From assembly GCF_009914755.1 (NCBI RefSeq), contig NC_060932.1: a stretch of 64,000 nucleotides of DNA, one strand, 5' to 3'. A program made the translations under genes and the position numbers. Shown here piece after piece: positions 58,149 through 64,000 of the stretch (position 1 is its first letter; the number at the start of each line of letters is the position of its first letter). Origin of the DNA: the human T2T-CHM13v2.0 reference genome, Homo sapiens. The notes under the pieces were generated by a model. The model was given only the letters and a program-made list of their open reading frames with translations. It was not told the DNA's origin and did not search any database.

Positions 58149-58239
58149 AGAATTGTGCTTCTTAAACATTTGATTCAGGAGAATCCTTCTTGTTGCCCAA
58201 TATGTGCTGAAATGTTTACCTTATTACTGAAAAACAGGG

Positions 58240-59060
58240 GTGATGGTCGCAATATTTAACAGCCCGAGGGGCGTGGGCAACAACCAAGCAAATAGAGGGG
58301 CAGCTTCGAGAAAGGGCAGGGGCTCGGCGGCTCTGCTGCAGGGAATTACCCCTTTCATTACTGGAGGCATAGAAATATCTAGAATAACCTAGGGGAGGGA
58401 CTGACGGAGGTGGCCAGGAAGGTGATTTCGGGGAGCGACTCTCCACCGAATGAGAGGGAAGTATTTGAGTGCTTTGACCACCGACACATCTCCTCCATGA
58501 ATACAGCCTGAGCAAGTGCCTCGCGTGAGTGGAGCTTGGAACTGGAAGAAAAGTCACCTCTGTCATAAGCATTCCACAGACTGTGTACATGCTTGACGGA
58601 AACGAATACAATTAACTGGACTCAGAAAGGCGAAGACGGGCGGGGTTCCTTACCAGGCTGTTGCTTGGGGCTCAGGGAGCATCCCCACTCTCCACCGCCT
58701 GTGCCTTGCTTGGCGCAGAGGCCCCCAGCTTCTGCCGGCGCCTCTGTCCCTGGGAGGCGGCGGGGGGTGCCACGTGCATCCTCCCCCGGCTCTCAGGCTG
58801 AGAACGACAGGGAGAGTGCTAGGCACAGAGAAGGTTCTTGTTGTCCTAAAGTCACCAAATCCTGAAGAAGAGTTCCTGCAAATTGTCAGCAACACCAAGG
58901 TGAAAATCAGCGCGGAATCCATAGAAAGGTTGTGGATGGTATTGTGGGGGAGCAGCAAAATGCAATCCATGCTGGAGTGGAGAAGTCAAAGACAAGCAGA
59001 CTCCGGCCCTGGGATGGTGAGTCCCCCGCTCTGTGCCCACTGCCCGTCTCTGTTCATATG
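58240..59060. promoter_or_regulatory. Weak CpG-island-like GC-rich region; candidate intronic promoter or enhancer
   Basis: Many CpGs; GC box GGGCGGGG (58638-58645), E-box CACGTG (58771-58776), TCGCGTG (58521-58527). I do not recognise it as a repeat. Confidence 0.55.
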
Positions 59061-59129
59061 CTCATCACTTCTCACCTGAAGCTGGCCAGTAACCTCCTAA
59101 ATAATCTTCCCCACCAAGTTTTGCCCTAC

Positions 59130-59976
59130 ACTTCATGCATGCCTCCTGCTCCCTGTAAGATGATCACAAAGCGCAAATCTTATCAGTCACGTTCCTTCCG
59201 ATCACCCTTCAGTGATTCTCATCACCTTCAGGATGAAATCTGAATTCCCTACTGTGCAAGGGAGGCCCTCGTGACCTGCGCCAGCCTAACTCCCACCCTC
59301 CCCTTCTGGCATCCAGCAAAAGAACCCTTCCTGTGCCATCCTCAGGCAGCGGCCTGCATGGAATGGGTTCTCCCCCAAGTCCCTTCTCCCTCCTACCCCA
59401 CCTGGGCTCCTTATCCACCTAGCTCCTAGCAGACATCTTCCCCCAAAACACCTCAGGATATGTTAATTTAATTTTGTTAAGTAGTTAATACATATACTTG
59501 GTTCGAAAACATACAAATGTATACATTAAAACCTCTGTCCGGCGTTTGGGCCCCATATGCCTGGTTCTCCCATCTCTGTTTCCAACAGGCATCCAGTTTT
59601 ACTCTTTTTTATTTATTTTTGTACATGAGTCCAAAGTGCCTTTATGCAAGTGCAAGAAAATGTGACTATATATTCTTATTTGCTCCCCACACAAGCTAAC
59701 GTATGATATGCACTCTTCTGAGCCCTTCTTTTTATTCTTATGTATTTTGTAACTATTTCCTTATCAGTACTCAATGTATCATTGTTTATTTAATACTCTT
59801 CTATTAAATATATTGATGGACATTTGGACTCTATCCAAATATGAAAATAACTTCAGATGTATACATAACACATCTATGTGTGCATATATATACTATAGCG
59901 AGTATAATATATAGATAGTATGTGTTACATATTATAATCATATGTCATATAGCTATTATACACAATGTTATACTAA

Positions 59977-60014
<38 letters not shown>

Positions 60015-60235
60015 TACTGAGAGCATTTCCTAGTCCTCTCCTACTCACTCCCTCAGGCTGTACTAGATGCCCTGACACCTGAGCACACTATAATCATTGA
60101 GTTTCTATTCTATCTACTGGAAGGAAAGCTTCTTGCAGGATAGAATTGTGTTCTTTTTTCACTTGTTCATGTCTGTGGTTTCAGCAACTAATGCAGTGAT
60201 GGCACATAAATATTTGTTGAATGAATAAATGATCA
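59130..60235 (+). mobile_element. L2 fragment interrupted by an old antisense L1MC piece (about 59455-59860) and a TG repeat
   Basis: L2 text ttcagtgattctcatcaccttcaggatgaaatctgaattcc and terminus ggcacataaatatttgttgaatgaataaatga. Confidence 0.55.
59982..60008. repeat. (TG)13 microsatellite
   Basis: Direct reading. Confidence 0.97.
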
Positions 60236-61374
60236 ACAAACAAGAGACTCTGAAGTCCCAAAAGGGTGAACACAAAAGGAATCTATTGAGCAAAAACCAG
60301 CAGGAGTGAATGCATGGACAAGATGTAGGAGCCAGAGTGAAGATGCCCTTCATCTGGGAAGTTAAGAGAATGTCAGTAAAATGTTCTGTGCAGGGCATAG
60401 CACAGAAGCATTCAATACATACTAGTTTCACATTGCTATTACTAATGTTATTATTACACTGCCCTGTGCTTGTCCTTATCCTATTTAGGCTGGTCCGTCT
60501 TTTGAAGGCCAAAGGGCTCCATTCTGGTGGCACTCCATCTACTGAATTCTCATTTCTTTAATCCCACACCAGACAACTGTTTCCTGCATGAGAACATAAT
60601 TCCTGTGATCTTCATAGGACACGGCAATCATAAATCCCTATTAGGAGGGCTGAACTTTTACTTAATATGTATGTATTTTCCTCAATCTTGTTTCCCAGAA
60701 TTCTTTCCTACCTGTGCCTCACAAGAGCATTTGTTGGACTGAATATATTCTCATATTTTCATGAAAAAATATCAGAATTATTACAGTGGAACAAAGATTT
60801 CAGTAGCCTGTCAACAGCCAGTAGTGTGCTCCTAAAAGCTACTCTTTAACTTCTTATTTATCTCCCATTAACTAGAACTGTACTGAGTGCAGAGTGGCCA
60901 CTCTTTCATAGTTATTGAGTAAATTGTTGTATACATTTTCTGGATTTTAGATTTACAAAACCCAAAGTATGTAAAATTTTTTTTAATTGGAAGTAATTTA
61001 ATGAGGCTATGTCTTGATTTTATTTTATACCATTTGATAAAAACTATAGAGAAAACATACTGTCAAATTATTTCTGATGCAGACGCAATTTGTTTGGATT
61101 GGTAAGGATACCTAGCTACAGGAAAAGGGACAGTCAATCTGCTCCAAGATTGTAACTCTATCTTTGAATTTGTTCTTCCGCATGTTCTTTATTTTGAGAG
61201 TTATTTTAATAAGTTTAGACTACCTTAGTTGCTTTGCTTCCAGTGGGGGGATTTCAAAACAGTTTCTGGTGAAAATTAAAAACTATGTCTAGTTGAATTC
61301 TAAGCACTGTATTTTAGGCATTTTTAAATTACATTCTTACTCTGGGAATTTAATACCACAGATTTAAAGAGGAT

Positions 61375-61375
<1 letters not shown>

Positions 61376-61406
<31 letters not shown>
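61376..61406. repeat. (CA)n microsatellite
   Basis: Direct reading. Confidence 0.97.
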
Positions 61407-61410
<4 letters not shown>

Positions 61411-61569
61411 GCACAGTATAGCATTTCCTTTTTCTGCTAGAGAATGTGAATAAAGTATTTCTGCTTGAAATAATCTCTATTATCAATTAATGTCATCCTA
61501 CAGTGCTGTATTTTACTCATTTAGCACCCGAACATCTGAAACATGAAAGCTTACAAAACTGAAATTTAA

Positions 61570-62200
61570 AAGTAATTTTAATATTTGTATCACATGTGGC
61601 AAAGAAAGGGTCATTATTCATAATACACAATGAGATCATTTAAATTAGTACTAAAACCATGAAAATTTAGTAATTAATTCAATGAACAATATGAACAAAT
61701 GTGTTCACATAAGGGAAAAACATCCAAATTGTAAACAGTTTGGTATAAAATATAATTATTGATACTAACCTGATGTATGCAAGTTAACTTTGAAAAAATT
61801 ATTTTCACTAATTTAGCAATTTGTAAAGATAATGTTAAATAGAATTGTAATTCACTTATTGGTAGAAGCAGTCTTTGTCTCAAAGACTATTAAAATGCCC
61901 ATAACTTTTGGTCTTGTAACCCCACTCAATGGGCTTTCTTCTAAGAAAATAATTCAACAGAAAGAAACAGCTACCTGCATTATGTTCATTTCAGTGTTAT
62001 TTATAACAGCAAATCTGGATATGTATAAATATATGCAATTAAAGACATGGTATAACAATTTATAGTACATCAACTTGATGAATAGAAAGTAATAACTATG
62101 TTAATTTTAAGACCATATATAAAACATGAAACAGTTTTTTATGATTCAAGTACATAATCCAGGAAGAAAGTTCAGATACAAAAAGATTTAGAATTATGGA
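61570..62200 (+). mobile_element. Ancient L1ME fragment
   Basis: Decayed ORF2-end text (atatgaacaaatgtgttcaca, atgttcatttcagtgttatttataacagcaaa). Confidence 0.5.
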
Positions 62201-62531
62201 TATGCCTTCCCAAAAAAATGTTTTTACACATTGTATGATATTTTAAATAATACTATTTAATTATCATATTTGTATATTTGATTTGTATAGAAAATCAGAA
62301 GAGATGTTATAGTTGCTTTTCTTAAATTATCAACCAATCCTAAATCTCATAACTTTTATTTGATCATTTAGAGGCACTCATAAATCTTAGTTACTATAAA
62401 ATATTTCATTTTAGTGGACTGCTCAGTTCTGGGGTTAATAAGTCAATAATATCCAATTTAAGTCCCTTTTTAATTTTCAGTGTTAGTTATTTACTGGTAA
62501 ACATGGATTCATATGCTCATGTTGATTAGTG

Positions 62532-62565
62532 CACACACACACACACACACACACACATGCACACA
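62532..62565. repeat. (CA)n microsatellite
   Basis: Direct reading. Confidence 0.95.
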
Positions 62566-63214
62566 TATAAAGGAGCTCATTTTTATAACTAGTAGAAAAA
62601 TCCTAATCTCCAAACTTGGAAAAGAGTTTTAAAACTCACCTTATTGATTTCTCTTTGCAGCTAATTTTACACATATATTGTCTTGAATCCTCACTGTCAA
62701 TATATTCTCCCTCATATCTGATAGGTGACAAGTCACATTCTTTAACAAACCTTTGGAGGTTGTCACCATGGTCGGAGCTGGGGTCCTATGAGAATTGTTT
62801 TTTCATCATCCCTATGCCTTTTGCATTGTATCTCTCTGTTCACATCAACATTTGTCACTGTTCTCTGCCTTTCATATCGGACACATTCAGCTTAATGATA
62901 AATTAAAACTTAATAGAGAAGGGTAAAAAGTAATATTAGACCACAAGGTATCCTGTAGAATCTTTGTTCTCCAAAGGCTGTATAGCTATCTGTTCATATG
63001 CTTATAGAATAAATTGCACAATGTCAGAGTAGACAATACTACTGTTGCTTCAGTAACATGCTCACAGAGTGCAAGAATGTAAGTCAAAAGACAGGTGAAA
63101 CTGAACTTTTGAAATATATCCCAATTGCTTTTAATTGTACCTCTCCAAAAATGTAAATATAGTTAAAAGATTTTTTTAAATTTCTGTGTTAACATTTGCA
63201 TTTATTTAACAAAC

Positions 63215-63400
63215 TCAGCATGCTCTTGGAGCTGATCTCTGTGCTTTTCAAATATGAACTCACTTAATTCTCAAAATGACCCATGAGGGTAGTGTTATTA
63301 TAGTCATTTTATATGTGTGAAAACTGAGACACATGGAGAAGTTAAAAAATGTGCCCAAGATCCCACAGCTTGTGAGTGAAGGTGGACCTCAAACCCTGGC
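63215..63400 (-). mobile_element. MIR
   Basis: ctcacttaattctcaaaatgacccatgagg...aaactgagacac...tgcccaagatcccacagct. Confidence 0.8.
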
Positions 63401-64000
63401 AGACAATTCCTGGTCATGTGAGAAAAGAGGACTTCTCCTTGCAACACCTTGCAGGGTTCGGGGGTAAACTCTGTCAGATCCATAAAGCTATGAATCTCCT
63501 GTTAGGCTGATGGGATTTAATTGCAGCTCCACTATTAGAAAGTAAAAATAAAAGTACAATTATGTCTAATAGTTAAAAGATTGGCAAATAGTTAAAAATG
63601 TTTCCTTTCACTCTTGAAAACATCTCTCAACAGCCTTTCTGATCATTGTTGTTTATTTTTTAAATGGATTATTTCAACATTTGTCAAATGCTAAATATAT
63701 TGGACTCTTTTTTTTTCTCTTTTGCTTGCTAGCGCTTTCCAGGGTCTAGTAAGAGGAAAGAAATCATGACCAACCTCTCCTGTCCCAAAAGCCTCCCAGG
63801 ATTACCCTTTTACCAGAAAATCTATTTTTATATAAAATAGATGGCTTCTGCTCATACCAAATTTTGAGCTGCTTCTAAGTGCTAGATAGAACTATTAAAG
63901 ATGTAGACTGACTTACTCACTATACACCATCTCTGGTCTCTATATTCAGTTCCATGCTCAGAAAAGTAAAGCAACAGTTTATCTAAAGTTCCACTCACCC

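Noticed and set aside
58216-59418. Several overlapping ORFs on both strands
   Set aside because: Expected in GC-rich DNA where stops are rare; no recognisable domain. Only the splice-site-bounded segment was kept as a candidate.

Overview
AT-rich, repeat-dense primate genomic DNA, most likely human; AluY copies indicate an Old World monkey or ape genome. The window lies inside a very large gene transcribed on the + strand. The only clear coding exon is a 198-nt phase 0/0 internal exon at 55098-55295, whose translation ([23 protein letters not shown]...[11 protein letters not shown]) I recognise from memory as NKAIN3 (Na+/K+-ATPase-interacting 3). The rest is intron: a near-full-length antisense L1PB, several truncated L1s, an HSMAR2 mariner carrying nested L1/Alu insertions, about nine Alu or Alu-monomer copies, MaLR/ERV solo LTRs, L2/L3/MIR relics and microsatellites. 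Almost all other ORFs in the track are repeat-derived or chance. I see no convincing new multi-gene system. The best leads are: a CpG-retaining island 3 kb after the exon with a candidate poison/terminal exon; a second CpG-retaining patch with a CTCF-like motif; an RBPJ/TEAD/FOX/bHLH motif cluster; a retrotransposition hotspot including a 35-nt L1 insertion with a perfect 15-bp TSD; and a nested HSMAR2/L1 structure recording a deletion. Subfamily calls and repeat boundaries were made by eye and are approximate.
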